Assembly (NCBI GenBank): GCA_041483195.1
Contig: JBGPFC010000020.1
Location: 9,855-73,854 of the forward strand
Reading direction: 5' to 3'
Source: Candidatus Eiseniibacteriota bacterium
GTDB lineage: Bacteria; Eisenbacteria; RBG-16-71-46
DNA: 64,000 nt
The translations under genes and the position numbers were made by a program. Each line of letters starts with the position of its first letter. Position 1 is the first letter of the stretch. Positions 10,156-24,284 of this stretch are shown here, in pieces. The notes under the pieces are model-generated. The model saw nothing but the letters and a program-made list of their open reading frames with translations, was not told the origin of the DNA and searched no databases.

Positions 10156-10715
10156 TGCCGCGACCCCGCGCGCCTCGGGCGACGGCTCGATCGCGGGCGA
10201 TGGCGCCCGCGCGCGCGATCGCTCTCGCGCTGGCGCTCGCGGCGGCCGTCGTCCCGACCCCCGCGTTCGCGAAGGTGCCGCCCGCCGCGGGAGCGCCGGC
10301 GCCGGATTCCTCGGCGGGCGTCTCCGCCGCGGCCGAGGCCGCCGTACGTGCCGCCATCGAGAGCCACCTCAGCCGCCCCTACGTCTGGGGCGCGTGCGGG
10401 CTCAAGAGCTTCGACTGCTCCGGCTTCGTATGGCGGGTGATGACCGAGAACGGCCTCTTCATCAAGCGCACCACGGCCCGGAAATTCTACATGTGCCTGC
10501 CGAAGGTGGCCGATGGCGACCGATGGAACTTCGGCAACGTGGTCTTCTTCAGCGATCTCAAGCACTGCGGCATCGTGGAGAGTCGGGAGACCTTCTACCA
10601 CGCGGCCGTGACCATGGGCACGCATCGGTCCCAATTCGATCCACTGTGGCGGCACAAGATCTCCGGCGTGCGCGCCATGCCGCGGATCGAGCCGCCCGCC
10701 GTGGCCGGGGAGTAA
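10155..10715 (+). CDS. NlpC/P60 family peptidase
   Basis: TGATG overlap with upstream gene; signal peptide; PYVWG, FDCSG and HCGI motifs. Confidence 0.88.
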   Translation: MPRPRAPRATARSRAMAPARAIALALALAAAVVPTPAFAKVPPAAGAPAPDSSAGVSAAAEAAVRAAIESHLSRPYVWGACGLKSFDCSGFVWRVMTENGLFIKRTTARKFYMCLPKVADGDRWNFGNVVFFSDLKHCGIVESRETFYHAAVTMGTHRSQFDPLWRHKISGVRAMPRIEPPAVAGE

Positions 10716-10727
10716 GAACCCGGCCCG

Positions 10728-12502
10728 CTACTTCGCCGCCTGCGCCTTCGCGATGTAGGCGTCGATGCGCCGCTCCAGCACCGGCAGGGTCACGCCCCCG
10801 TTCTCGAGCACGGCGTCGTGGAAGGCGCGAATGTCGAAGCGCTCGCCGAGCGCCGCTTCCGCGCGATGGCGCAGCTCGCGGATCTTCAACTCGCCGGTCT
10901 TGTACGCGAGCGCCTGTCCGGGCCACGCGATGTAGCGGTCGACCTCGGTGCCGATCTCGTGCGTCGAGAGCGCGGTGTTGGCTGAGAGATAGTCCACCGA
11001 CCGTTGTCGCGTCCAGCCCATCGAGTGCATGCCGGTGTCGACGACCAGCCGGCAGGCGCGCCACATCTCGTACGTGAGCCGTCCGAAGCGCTCGTAGGGC
11101 GTGTGATAGATCCCCATCTCCTGCCCCAGCCATTCGGAGTAGAGGCCCCAGCCTTCGCCGAAGGCGTGCGGATAGAAGTTGAGCCGGAACCGCGGCACGT
11201 CCGTCATCTCGCGGGCGAGCGCGCCTTGCAGGTGATGGCCCGGCACCGCCTCGTGGAGCGTGAGCGAGGGCAGCGCGTAGAGCGGCCGCGTGTTCAGCGC
11301 GTAGATATTCACCCAATATTCGCCGGCGGCGCCCACCGGCCCCGGGTTGTACCGGCCGGCGGTGTAGTTGGGCGCGAGCTGGGCGGGCACCGCACGCACG
11401 CCGTACGGCGTGCGCGGCAGCCGCCCGAAGTACGCGGGCAGTCGCCCGTCGATCTCCTTGGCGATCCACGCCGCGTCGTGCAGCAATTCTTCCGGCGTCT
11501 GCGCATAGAACTGCGGGTCGGTGCGCAGGAAGGTCAGGAAATCCTGGAAGCTGCCCTTGAAGCCCACCTCCTCGACGATCGCTTCCATTTCCTTGCGGAT
11601 GCGGGCCACTTCGTTCAGCCCGGTCTGGTGCACCCGCTCGGGCGTGGCCTCGGGCAGCGTCGTGAAGTAGCGCACCAGGTCGGCGTAGTAGGCCCGGCCG
11701 CCGGGCAGCGCCGAGGCCGCGATCGTGCGCCGCGCCCCGGGACGATATTCCTTCTCGAAGAAGCGCTGGAACGCGGCGTACGCTGGGATCACCGAGTCCT
11801 GGATGGCCGCGCGGCCGGCGGCCTCGAGCCGTCCGCGATCCGCCTGAGGCATCGTGACCGGAAACTTCGCGAACGGCTGGAACAGCGGACACTCGTCGGC
11901 GCGCACGTATTGTTCCCCGGCGACGATGCGGGAGACCCCCTCGAGGATCTCGGCGGGCAGGGTGAAGCCCTCGCGCATGCCGAGGCGCATGTTCGCGATG
12001 TTCTCGCGGAAGTAGCGGGGAACGTCGTTCAGGCGCGCGATGTACTTCTCGTAGTCCGCAACGGCGCGGAGCGCGCCGCGCTCGTGGATGAACAGCACCT
12101 CGGTATGGAAGCCGCTGTCGCTGGTGAGCGGCGCCCGCCACTCCCGGTGCGCGCCGAGCGCGATGCGCTGCGACACCATGAAATCGAACAGCTCGGCGCT
12201 CACGGCCTCCTGCGGGGTCAGCGCGGAGCGATCGATCGCGTGCAGTCGCTGGAGAAAGACCCGGTCCGCCCCCAGCTGGCGAAGCTGGTCCGCCGGCGTG
12301 ACCGAAGGCAGGCGGTCGTCGTAGTCATGCACGCCGTCCGCGGTCGCGGCCAGCGGATCCTCGCGCCAGACGAAGGCGCGCTCGTCGTCGAACAACCGGG
12401 CGAGCGCCGCGCTCGGAGTCGCGGCGGGTGCTTGAGCGAAGGCGGGCGCGGCTGCGAAGGCCATGACCAGAGCCAGGCTCGTCGTCCATGAATGTGCGAG
12501 CT

Positions 12503-12506
<4 letters not shown>
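10728..12506 (-). CDS. DUF885 family secreted protein (putative metallopeptidase)
   Basis: [27 protein letters not shown] and PGQALAY motifs. Confidence 0.93.
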
Positions 12507-15769
<3,263 letters not shown>

Positions 15770-15815
15770 CAGTGCGCTCTCATGAATCGCGCGGGGGTGG
15801 CCGCCGGCCGCGCGC

Positions 15816-16976
15816 TCACCGGGCGTGCTCCGCAGCGTGATCGCGCATCAGGTCGGCGAAGCGGTCGAACAGGTAGTGCGCGTCGTGCGGGCCCGGGGAC
15901 GCCTCGGGGTGGTACTGGACGCTGAACGCCGGGGCGTTGCGCAGGCGCAGTCCCTCGAGCGTCTGGTCGTTCAGGTTGACGTGGGTGGCCTCGGCCACGC
16001 CCTTAGGGAGCGAATCGGGATCCACCGCGAAGCCGTGATTGTGCGCCGTGATCTCGACCCGCGAGGTCATGAGATCCATCACCGGATGGTTGCTGCCGCG
16101 GTGGCCGAACTTGAGCTTGAAGGTCTTCGCGCCGCACGCGAGCCCGAGCAGCTGGTGCCCGAGGCAGATGCCGAACACCGGCACCCGGCCGATCAGCGCG
16201 CGTACGTTGTCCACGGCGTAGGCGAGCGGCTCGGGGTCGCCCGGCCCGTTCGAGAGCACCACGCCGTGCGGACGGAGGCGCATCACGTCCTCGGCGCTGG
16301 TATTCGCGGGCACGGTGGTCACGCTGCACCCCACGTCCACCAGCCGCCGCAGGATGTTCCACTTCACCCCGTAGTCCATCACCACGACGCGGAACGGCTC
16401 GCTCGCGACCGGCTGCGCGCGCGGCGGCTCCTGCCCCGGCGAATCGCCAGGCAGCGCCCAGCTCCTGCGCACCCACCCGTGGGCCAACGCGTCGGACACG
16501 GTGCTCGCGAGATCGCAGCCCGCCATGGGTGGCACGCCGCGCGCGCGCGCCGCCAGCGCGTCCACGCCCTGCGCGGCGTCGGCGATCACACCGCGCCTCG
16601 CGCCGTGCGTGCGCAGGTGTCGCACCAGGGCGCGCGTGTCGAAGTCGCAGAACCCGGGGACACCGGATGCGACCAGGTATTCCTCGAGCGAGCGCTCGTG
16701 CCGCCAGTTGCTCGCGATGCGGCTCGGCTCCTTCACCACGAACCCTGAGAGGAATGCCTGGCGCGACTCGAAATCCTCGGGGGCGATGCCGTAGTTCCCG
16801 ATCAGCGGGTAGGTCATCACCACGATCTGGCCGGCGTAGGAGGGGTCGCCGAGAATCTCCTGGTAGCCCGTCATGGACGTGTTGAACACCACCTCGCCGG
16901 CTGCATCGGACGGGGCGCCAAAACGTCGGCCGCGAAAGGCGCGGCCATCTTCGAGGACCAGCAGGGCGGCTGTCAT
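15816..16976 (-). CDS. carA: Carbamoyl-phosphate synthase small subunit
   Basis: [28 protein letters not shown] and HPEASPGP motifs. Confidence 0.98.
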   Translation of the reverse strand: MTAALLVLEDGRAFRGRRFGAPSDAAGEVVFNTSMTGYQEILGDPSYAGQIVVMTYPLIGNYGIAPEDFESRQAFLSGFVVKEPSRIASNWRHERSLEEYLVASGVPGFCDFDTRALVRHLRTHGARRGVIADAAQGVDALAARARGVPPMAGCDLASTVSDALAHGWVRRSWALPGDSPGQEPPRAQPVASEPFRVVVMDYGVKWNILRRLVDVGCSVTTVPANTSAEDVMRLRPHGVVLSNGPGDPEPLAYAVDNVRALIGRVPVFGICLGHQLLGLACGAKTFKLKFGHRGSNHPVMDLMTSRVEITAHNHGFAVDPDSLPKGVAEATHVNLNDQTLEGLRLRNAPAFSVQYHPEASPGPHDAHYLFDRFADLMRDHAAEHAR

Positions 16977-17098
16977 GGGGGGATCGAGCGCGGCAGTCTA
17001 GGGCCTGCGCCCCGTGACTTCAATAGGTTGACCCGATCGGGGCAGGAAATCTAGAATCATTGCCCCGGACCGCCCGGGCCCTTCGTGGAGACCCGCCG

Positions 17099-17290
17099 AT
17101 GAAAGCCATCCGCCGCTTCTTTCGCAATCTGTTCGCCCGCCTCGGAATCGCGGGCGGGCTGGTGTCGTACTTCTGGCGCCGGAAGATCTGGTGGATGGTC
17201 CCGCTGGTCGTGGTGCTCCTGATGCTCGGCGTGCTCGTCATCTTCGGCCAGTCGTCCGCCATCAGCGCCTTCATCTACACGCTCTTTTAG
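17099..17290 (+). CDS. DUF5989/SxtK-like small membrane protein
   Basis: RKIWWMVP...FIYTLF C-terminus; GGAG RBS. Confidence 0.85.
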   Translation: MKAIRRFFRNLFARLGIAGGLVSYFWRRKIWWMVPLVVVLLMLGVLVIFGQSSAISAFIYTLF

Positions 17291-17293
17291 CGC

Positions 17294-17587
17294 ATGGCCC
17301 GCCACTCGCCGGCCGTCCAGCTGGGCTCGACGCGCCGGATCGCAGAGCTTGCCCCCGATGCCCCGCTTTACAAGCGCCTGTGGCATGGCTGGCAGCGCAT
17401 CGCGCGCGCGATCGGCAACCTGCTCTCGCGGATCGTGACGACCCTCGCCTACCTGGTGGTCCTTCCGCTGTTCGCGATCGGCCTGCGCCTGTTCGCCGAC
17501 ACGCTGCAGCTCCGGCCCGGCCCGGCGCGATGGACCCCGCTTCCGCCCCAGCCTTCGAACGTCGACGACGCGAGGAGCGGGTTCTAG
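17294..17587 (+). CDS. SxtJ-like membrane protein
   Basis: W...A..IG...SRI...Y..V..P pattern; lies between the SxtK-like and carbamoyltransferase genes. Confidence 0.75.
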   Translation: MARHSPAVQLGSTRRIAELAPDAPLYKRLWHGWQRIARAIGNLLSRIVTTLAYLVVLPLFAIGLRLFADTLQLRPGPARWTPLPPQPSNVDDARSGF

Positions 17588-17609
17588 ACCCGGCCGGACT
17601 CCTCCCCCC

Positions 17610-19400
17610 GTGAACATCCTCGGCATCTCCTGCTTCTACCACGACTCGGCCGCGGCCCTGGTGCGCGACGGCGTGCTGGCCGCCGCCGCCGAGGAGGAGC
17701 GCTTCTCGCGCATCAAGCACGACTTCGGCTACCCGGAGCAGGCGATCGCGTTCTGCCTCGCCCAGGCCGGGCTCACGCCCCAGGATCTCGATTACGTCGT
17801 GTACTACGAGAAGCCGTTCCTCAAATTCGAGCGCATCGTCGCGTCCTGCCTCCAGACCTTCCCGCGCAGCTACGAGGTGTTCCGCGAGAGCATGGTCGCG
17901 TGGCTCTCGGACAAGCTCTGGGTCCAGAACCTGCTCACCGACAAGCTCGACATCCCGGCCAAGTGCGTGCTCGCGATCGACCATCACGCCTCGCACGCGG
18001 CGAGCGCGTTCTTTCCGTCGCCGTTCGACGAGGCCGCGATCCTCACCGTGGACGGCGTGGGCGAGTGGACCACCGCCGCCACCGGCACCGGCCACGGCAA
18101 CACGCTGAAGCTGAATCGCGAGATCCGCTTCCCGCACTCGCTCGGGCTGCTCTACAGCGCGTTCACCGCCTTCCTCGGCTTCGAGGTGAACGAGGGCGAG
18201 TACAAGGTCATGGGCATGGCGCCCTACGGAAAGCCGCGCTACGTGGACGACGTGTGGAAGCTCATCACGCTCGGCGACGACGGATCGTTCCGGCTCAACA
18301 TGGAGTACTTCAGCTTCCACCACTCGGCGCGCCACACCTACAACCGCAGGTTCGTCGAGCTGTTCGGACCGCCGCGCCCGCCGAGCATGCACTTCTTCAC
18401 CGACTCGTCGGGATATCCGTCGTACTTCGGGCCGAAGCCTCCCGACTACGACGAGGTCGCGCGCCGCAACCAGCACTACGCGGACGTCGCGGCCTCGATC
18501 CAGCGCGTCACCGAGGAAGTGCTGCTGCACATGGCGCGCGCGCTCCAGAAGGAGACTGGCCTCAAGAAGCTGTGCATGGCGGGCGGCGTGGCGCTCAACT
18601 CGGTCGCGAACAGCCGCATCCTGCGCGAGACCGGGTTCGATGAGCTCTACATCCAGCCGGCGGCCGGCGACGGCGGCGGCGCGGTGGGCGCCGCGTTCTA
18701 CGCGTACCACCAGCTGCTGGGCCGGCCGCGCGGGTTCGTGATGGACCACGGCTACTGGGGCAAGGCCTACACGCAGGGCGAGTCCACCGACTGGCTGCGC
18801 TCGCAAAACATCGCGCACGAGGTGGTGGACGGCGAGAGCGAGCTGCTCGATCGCGTCGTGGACTCCCTCACGAAGGGCGAAGTGGTCGGATGGCACCAGG
18901 GCCGCTTCGAGTGGGGCCCGCGCGCGCTCGGGAACCGCAGCATCCTCGCCGACCCGCGACGCGCCGACATGAAGGACATCGTCAACACCAAGATCAAGTT
19001 CCGCGAGCCCTACCGGCCGTTCGCGCCATCGGTGCTCGCCGATGCAGCCGAGCGCTACTTCGAGCTGCCGAACGCGTGCGGCCACTACCCCGCGCGCTTC
19101 ATGCTGTACGTCGTGCCGGTGCGGCCCGAGCACCACGCCACGCTCCCCGCGATCACGCACGTGGACGGCACCGGGCGGCTGCAGACCGTCTTCAAGGACG
19201 CGAGCCCGCTCTACTACTCGCTCATCGAGCGCTTCGGACAGGCCACCGGGGTGCCGGTGGTGCTCAACACGTCCTTCAACCTGAAGGGCGAGCCGATCGT
19301 GACCACGCCGGCGAACGCGCACAACACGTTCGTGAAATCCGACATGGACATGCTGGTGCTGGGCAACGTGATCGTGCGGAAGAATCAGCGCGGCGGCTGA
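17610..19400 (+). CDS. O-carbamoyltransferase (NodU/CmcH/SxtI family)
   Basis: HDSAAAL, EEERFSR, HHASHA, DGVGE, GPRALGNRS, RPFAP and NTSFN motifs. Confidence 0.96.
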   Translation: MNILGISCFYHDSAAALVRDGVLAAAAEEERFSRIKHDFGYPEQAIAFCLAQAGLTPQDLDYVVYYEKPFLKFERIVASCLQTFPRSYEVFRESMVAWLSDKLWVQNLLTDKLDIPAKCVLAIDHHASHAASAFFPSPFDEAAILTVDGVGEWTTAATGTGHGNTLKLNREIRFPHSLGLLYSAFTAFLGFEVNEGEYKVMGMAPYGKPRYVDDVWKLITLGDDGSFRLNMEYFSFHHSARHTYNRRFVELFGPPRPPSMHFFTDSSGYPSYFGPKPPDYDEVARRNQHYADVAASIQRVTEEVLLHMARALQKETGLKKLCMAGGVALNSVANSRILRETGFDELYIQPAAGDGGGAVGAAFYAYHQLLGRPRGFVMDHGYWGKAYTQGESTDWLRSQNIAHEVVDGESELLDRVVDSLTKGEVVGWHQGRFEWGPRALGNRSILADPRRADMKDIVNTKIKFREPYRPFAPSVLADAAERYFELPNACGHYPARFMLYVVPVRPEHHATLPAITHVDGTGRLQTVFKDASPLYYSLIERFGQATGVPVVLNTSFNLKGEPIVTTPANAHNTFVKSDMDMLVLGNVIVRKNQRGG

Positions 19401-19402
19401 TA

Positions 19403-19789
19403 TCAGACTGAGCCGTCGGCCGGATTCCCGCCGAGAACCTCTTCGATGACCTTCAGCACCGCGGCCGCGTCCACCGGCTTCTCCATGAACGCCTGGGCGC
19501 CGGCGGCGAGCAGCTCATCGCGATCCGCGCCCGAGCCGGTGATGACGATCACCGGCGTGGCCGCGGTGTGGAGCAGCTTCCGCAGTCGCTTGAGGACCAT
19601 CATGCCCCCGCCTCCCGGCAGGCCCAGGTCGAGCAGGATGATGTCGGGCTTTTCGTGGTTGGCGACGGAGATCGCCGCCACCCCATCCGCGGCGCGGACG
19701 ATGACATGCCCCGCTCGCTTCAGCTGAGTCGCGAGTGCCAGCCCCTGAACGGGGTCGTCCTCGATGATCAGGATTTTTCGCGATTCCAT
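19403..19789 (-). CDS. Single-domain response regulator
   Basis: IIEDD, LLDLGLP (phospho-Asp), ITG and EKP motifs. Confidence 0.9.
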   Translation of the reverse strand: MESRKILIIEDDPVQGLALATQLKRAGHVIVRAADGVAAISVANHEKPDIILLDLGLPGGGGMMVLKRLRKLLHTAATPVIVITGSGADRDELLAAGAQAFMEKPVDAAAVLKVIEEVLGGNPADGSV

Positions 19790-19804
19790 AGCCAGACCTC
19801 CGAC

Positions 19805-20269
19805 TCACGACCCCGGCGGACGGCGATAGACCTCGGGATCCCAGCGTTCCATGTAGCGCTCGGCCGCCGCGACCGGAGTGTAACCGAACTGGCGATAGAG
19901 CCCGTGCCCGTCGCGCGTGAGCAGCACCCAGCGCCGGAAGCCCTGGAGGTCGGGGTGCGCGGTGAGGGTCTCCATCAGCCACCTCGCGAGCCCGCGGCCG
20001 CGGTGCGGCTCGAGCACGAACACGTCGCCGAGATAGTCGAACGTCGCGAAGTCGGTGATCACGCGCGCGAAGCCGGCCTGCGCCGCCGGCCCGGATCGGG
20101 GCTCGTGCCAGACGCTGAAGTTGAGCGAGTGCTCGATCGACCGCCGCACGACCTCGAGCGGAATGCCCTTCGCCCAGTAGCAGCTCGTGAGGAACCCGTG
20201 CACGACCGCGAGGTCCAAGCGCGCGGGATCGGTGGTGATGAGGTAGTCGTCGCGCCGCCACTCGGTCAC
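19805..20269 (-). CDS. GNAT family N-acetyltransferase
   Basis: ITTDPARLD, GFARVITD, HRGRGLA and LYRQFG motifs; GTG start at 20269. Confidence 0.9.
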   Translation of the reverse strand: MTEWRRDDYLITTDPARLDLAVVHGFLTSCYWAKGIPLEVVRRSIEHSLNFSVWHEPRSGPAAQAGFARVITDFATFDYLGDVFVLEPHRGRGLARWLMETLTAHPDLQGFRRWVLLTRDGHGLYRQFGYTPVAAAERYMERWDPEVYRRPPGS

Positions 20270-20373
20270 GTTTCGATCTCCGATCGGCCGCGGAGCGCGA
20301 GGCGCCCGCAAACGCGAACGGGGCGTCGCATCGACGCCCCGTCCGTGACCATCACCCCCGCGCGACCCCGGCG

Positions 20374-21915
20374 TCAGTGCTTCGTCGTGTCCGGCGGGGC
20401 CACCTGCATCGTGCCCGGTGCCGCCGACTTCGTGGAGTCGGACGGGGCGGACGGCGTCATCGGCGGAGCCGTCGAGTCCTTGCGCAGGTAGTAGCGCCGC
20501 TCGCGCTCGATCTTGAGCGCCTCGGTGTTGAGCACCTTGAACTCGACGCGCCGATTCTTCGAGCGCCCCAGATCCGTGGTGTTGGGCGCGATCGGCTTCG
20601 AGAATCCGTAGCCCTTCGCCGTGAACTGATCGGCCGGGAGCTGCGGGAACTTCGACTCGAGATAGCGCAGCACCGAGCCGGCGCGCGACTGCGAGAGCGT
20701 GTCGTTGAGCGCTGCGCTCCCGCGGTTGTCGGTGTGTCCGCCGATCTCGATCTTCAGCGTCGGATACTGCACCAGGATCATGCCGACCGTGTCGATCAGC
20801 GCGAACGACTCGGGCTTGAGGTTCGCCTTGCGCACCTCGAACTGGATGTTCGAGAGCCGGATCGAGCCGGTGTCGAGCAGCTGGGTCTCCTTCTCGTTCA
20901 CCTCGATCGGGCAGCCGGCATCGTCCACCCGCAGGCCGGCTGGCGTGTTCGGGCACTTGTCGAGCCCGTCGCACACGCCGTCGCCGTCGGCGTCGACGGG
21001 GCAGCCCTTCGGGTCCACCGTGCATCCCTTGGGCGTTGCAGCGCAGCTGTCGAGCCCGTCGTACACGCCGTCGCCGTCGGAGTCGAGCGCGCAGCCCTCG
21101 GCGTCCACGATCGCGCCCTTCGGCGTGCCGGGGCAGCGATCGAGCCCGTCGCATACGCCGTCGCCGTCGGTGTCGATCGGGCAGCCCTTCGCGTCCACCT
21201 TGCACCCGCGCGGCGTGCTCACGCACTGGTCGATCCCGTCGAACACGCCGTCGCCGTCGGTATCGATCGGGCAGCCCTTCGCGTCCACCTTCGCGCCGAT
21301 CGGGGTGTTCGGGCACTGGTCGAGCCAGTCGCGCACGTGATCGAGATCCTGGTCCTTCTCCTTGCCGAGGAAGCTCCACTGGAGTCCCGCGGTCACCGCG
21401 ACGTGATTGCTGAATCCCTGCTGGTCGCGGTCGCGGAACATGATGTCGCGCGCCTCGAATCGCAGGTAGGCGCGCTCGTTCAGCACGTTCTGGAGGAGGC
21501 CGACCCCGACCGTGGCCGCTCCGCGCTCAAGGACGTCGGGCCGATGGCCGCTGGTGTGGCTCTTCCCGTAGCCAGCTCCGAACAACAGGAATGGCACGGC
21601 GCGAGCGTCCGCGGGGCGCAGGCTCCAGCGCAGGTCGAGCCCGTACATGGTGAAGTTGTCCGGCTGACGGGGCAGGGAGTCGGCCTTGCTCGGGCCCCAT
21701 GTGGCCTGGCCCTCGAGCGCGATTCCGGGGAGCAGGCGCCAGCCGATCGCGGCGTCGTAGGCCGGGCCGAGCTTCACGCGCGCGCGCGCATCGGGGCTGA
21801 ACACACCGGCGCCGCCCGACAACTCGATCGGGTGCCCGCCGATCTGTGCGGCCGATGGAGCGGCGAGCAGCACGACGACGGCGACCGACGCTAGCGCACC
21901 CCGAACCCACGACAT
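20374..21915 (-). CDS. OmpA family protein: beta-barrel, thrombospondin type-3 repeats, OmpA C-terminal domain
   Basis: Signal peptide; five D.D.DG..D..D.C..TP.G..VD..GC repeats; GHTD, LSQSRA and NRRVEF motifs. Confidence 0.93.
   Translation of the reverse strand: MSWVRGALASVAVVVLLAAPSAAQIGGHPIELSGGAGVFSPDARARVKLGPAYDAAIGWRLLPGIALEGQATWGPSKADSLPRQPDNFTMYGLDLRWSLRPADARAVPFLLFGAGYGKSHTSGHRPDVLERGAATVGVGLLQNVLNERAYLRFEARDIMFRDRDQQGFSNHVAVTAGLQWSFLGKEKDQDLDHVRDWLDQCPNTPIGAKVDAKGCPIDTDGDGVFDGIDQCVSTPRGCKVDAKGCPIDTDGDGVCDGLDRCPGTPKGAIVDAEGCALDSDGDGVYDGLDSCAATPKGCTVDPKGCPVDADGDGVCDGLDKCPNTPAGLRVDDAGCPIEVNEKETQLLDTGSIRLSNIQFEVRKANLKPESFALIDTVGMILVQYPTLKIEIGGHTDNRGSAALNDTLSQSRAGSVLRYLESKFPQLPADQFTAKGYGFSKPIAPNTTDLGRSKNRRVEFKVLNTEALKIERERRYYLRKDSTAPPMTPSAPSDSTKSAAPGTMQVAPPDTTKH
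20906..21355 (-). repeat. Five ~90-bp coding tandem repeats (TSP3-like Ca-binding units)
   Basis: Periodic sequence, e.g. cgatcgggcagcccttcgcgtccacctt at 21174 and 21264; boundaries approximate. Confidence 0.85.
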
Positions 21916-22090
21916 GCGGCGCAACCTCCTCCCGGACCCCTGCACATTCGCGAACGAAAAGCGGAGCGATGCGGATCGCGCACGCGCCCCGCGCACGGGC
22001 AAAAAGACCGGTAAGTGCTACCATCCGTGTCCCGTCAGGTCAATGTCCCCGCGCGGCGGGGACGCGATTCCATCCAGAGGACTTCCCCCG

Positions 22091-22567
22091 ATGACGCCGG
22101 ACGAGAGAGCCAAGCTGATCGCGCAGTACGCGGCGGGATACGACGAAGTCGAGAAGAGCCTCAAGGGCTTCCCCGCCGCATCGCTGGCGGCGCATCCGCT
22201 CCCCGGCAAGTGGAGCGCGCGCGAGATCGTGCACCACCTCGCCGACAGCGAGAGCGTCTCGGCCCAGCGGCTGCGGCGGCTCCTCACCGAGGAGCACGCG
22301 GTGATCCAGGGCTACGACCAGGAGGCGTGGGCCGTGCTGCTGCGTTACAACCTGCGCGATCACGCGCACGCGCTCGAGCTGTTCGGCGCCGTGCGCGCGA
22401 ACACGACCCAGCTGCTGCGCGAGATGGGCGATGACGACTGGAACCGCTCGGGCTGGCACACCGAGTCCGGGCTCTACACCGCGAAGACCTGGCTCCAGAT
22501 CTACGCGGTGCACGCGCACAATCACGCGGCTCAGATCACGAGGCTCCGCGAGACGCTCGCGAAGTAG
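22091..22567 (+). CDS. DinB/YfiT-like protein
   Basis: KWSAREIVHHLADSE, YDQEAW and H..NH..QI motifs. Confidence 0.88.
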   Translation: MTPDERAKLIAQYAAGYDEVEKSLKGFPAASLAAHPLPGKWSAREIVHHLADSESVSAQRLRRLLTEEHAVIQGYDQEAWAVLLRYNLRDHAHALELFGAVRANTTQLLREMGDDDWNRSGWHTESGLYTAKTWLQIYAVHAHNHAAQITRLRETLAK

Positions 22568-22571
22568 CCCC

Positions 22572-23435
22572 ATGATCTGGCGCTGCCGCGAACGCAGCTT
22601 CGACCTCGAGGCGCGCACACTGGTGATGGGCGTGGTCAATGTCACGCCCGATTCGTTCTCGGACGGCGGCCGCTATCTCGACCCCGACGCAGCGGTCGCG
22701 CACGCGCGCTCCCTGATCGCGGCGGGCGCATCGCTGATCGATCTGGGCGCCGAGAGCACGCGCCCGGGCGCCGATGCCGTGCCGCCCGCCGAGCAGCTCG
22801 CGCGGCTGCTGCCGGTGATCACGCGGCTCGCGAGCGAGACCGAGGCGTGCCTGTCGGTGGACACCGCGAGCGCCGAGGTCGCCGAGCGCGCGCTCGCCGC
22901 GGGCGCCCACGTCGTGAACGACGTCACAGCGCTCGCCGACCCCGCGATGGCGCGGGTGGTCGCGGCCGCGGAGGCCGGGCTCGTGCTCATGCACATGCGC
23001 GGCACGCCGCGCACCATGCAGCAGGACCCGCGCTACGACGACGCGGCTCGCGAGGTCGCGGCGTGGCTCGGCGCGCGGCTCGGGCACGCGCGGCGCGAGG
23101 GCATTCATCCCGAGCGCATCGCGCTCGATCCCGGGATCGGCTTCGGCAAGAGCGCGCGCCACAACTTCGAGCTGATCGCGCGGCTCTCGGAGATCGCGGC
23201 GCTCGGCCGGCCGGTGGTGATCGGCGTCTCGCGCAAGAGCTTCCTCGGGAGCGCGCTCGGGTTGCCGGTGGACCAGCGTCTCGAGGGCGGGCTCGCCGCG
23301 ACGGCGGTCGCTGTGTTCCTCGGCGCGCGCATCGTGCGCACCCACGACGTCGCCGCCACCGGCCGGGCGGTGCGCATCGCCGAGGCGCTGCGGGCAGCGA
23401 GGCGGGAATCCGTGGAGAGCCATGAATCGTTCTGA
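22572..23435 (+). CDS. folP: Dihydropteroate synthase
   Basis: NVTPDSFSDGG, GAESTRPG, DPGIGFGK, SRKSF and RTHDV motifs. Confidence 0.97.
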   Translation: MIWRCRERSFDLEARTLVMGVVNVTPDSFSDGGRYLDPDAAVAHARSLIAAGASLIDLGAESTRPGADAVPPAEQLARLLPVITRLASETEACLSVDTASAEVAERALAAGAHVVNDVTALADPAMARVVAAAEAGLVLMHMRGTPRTMQQDPRYDDAAREVAAWLGARLGHARREGIHPERIALDPGIGFGKSARHNFELIARLSEIAALGRPVVIGVSRKSFLGSALGLPVDQRLEGGLAATAVAVFLGARIVRTHDVAATGRAVRIAEALRAARRESVESHESF

Positions 23436-23471
23436 TAGATTCCCCGCGGCGCGTACGCGCCCCACTCCGCC

Positions 23472-24284
23472 ATGACGCCCGTCCACCAGCTGTGGTTCCT
23501 CGATCTCCTCGACATCTTCCTGGTCGCGGTGTTGTTCTACCGTCTGCTCATTTTGGTGAAGGGCACGCGGTCGGCGCAGATGTACGTCGGCCTGCTCGTG
23601 ATCGTGCTGGTCGGGCTGCTCGCGCGCGAGTTCGACCTGATCGCGGTCAAGTGGATCGTGGAAAGCCTGAAGACGGTGTGGCTGATCGCGTTCGTGATCC
23701 TGTTCCAGCCCGAGTTGCGCCACGCGCTCGCCCAGTTCGGGCGCACGCGCTACTTCCGCTCCTTCCTGCGCGGCGATAATTACGGCGTGCTGGGCGAGGT
23801 GGTGCGCGGCGTCGAGAGCCTCGCCGAGCGCCGCCACGGCGCGCTGATCGTGATGGAGCGCAACGTGGGCCTGCGCAACTTCGTCGAGACCGGGACGCGG
23901 ATCGACGCCAAGATCTCGGCCGAGCTGATCGTCACGCTGTTCAGCCCCGGCTCGCCTTTGCACGACGGCGCGGTGATCCTGCGCGAGGACACCGTGATCG
24001 CGGCGGCGTGCATCCTGCCGCTCACGTCGAACCCGCGCATGTCGGCGACGCTCGGCACCCGGCATCGCGCCGCGCTCGGACTCTCGGAGGAATCCGACGC
24101 GGCCGTGATCGTGGTGAGCGAGCAGAACGGCTCGATCTCGGTGGCCTATCGCGGCACGCTCAAGCAGCGGCTCGACGAGGGCGCGTTGCGCAGCGAGCTC
24201 TCGCGCATCTTCCGCATCCGCCCGCAGGACGAAGCGGCCGAAGGGCTGGAGCACGGCTCGGACGAGGAGAAGGCGGCGGGGTAG
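23472..24284 (+). CDS. cdaA: Membrane diadenylate cyclase CdaA/DacA
   Basis: 3 TM segments; FQPELR; catalytic HDGA and GTRHRAA intact. Confidence 0.95.
   Translation: MTPVHQLWFLDLLDIFLVAVLFYRLLILVKGTRSAQMYVGLLVIVLVGLLAREFDLIAVKWIVESLKTVWLIAFVILFQPELRHALAQFGRTRYFRSFLRGDNYGVLGEVVRGVESLAERRHGALIVMERNVGLRNFVETGTRIDAKISAELIVTLFSPGSPLHDGAVILREDTVIAAACILPLTSNPRMSATLGTRHRAALGLSEESDAAVIVVSEQNGSISVAYRGTLKQRLDEGALRSELSRIFRIRPQDEAAEGLEHGSDEEKAAG

Noticed and set aside
17099..19400. Saxitoxin biosynthesis
   Set aside because: Only sxtI/J/K-like genes, which are widespread; no sxtA, sxtG or other core genes in the window.
20906..21355. Periodic repeats resembling an array
   Set aside because: In-frame 30-aa TSP3 repeats within OmpA; no unique spacers and no cas genes, so not CRISPR.
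19805..21379. Long upstream extensions of the GNAT, fadJ, SGNH, methyltransferase and lipoprotein ORFs
   Set aside because: The extensions overlap genuine genes in other frames; starts were reassigned to downstream codons.
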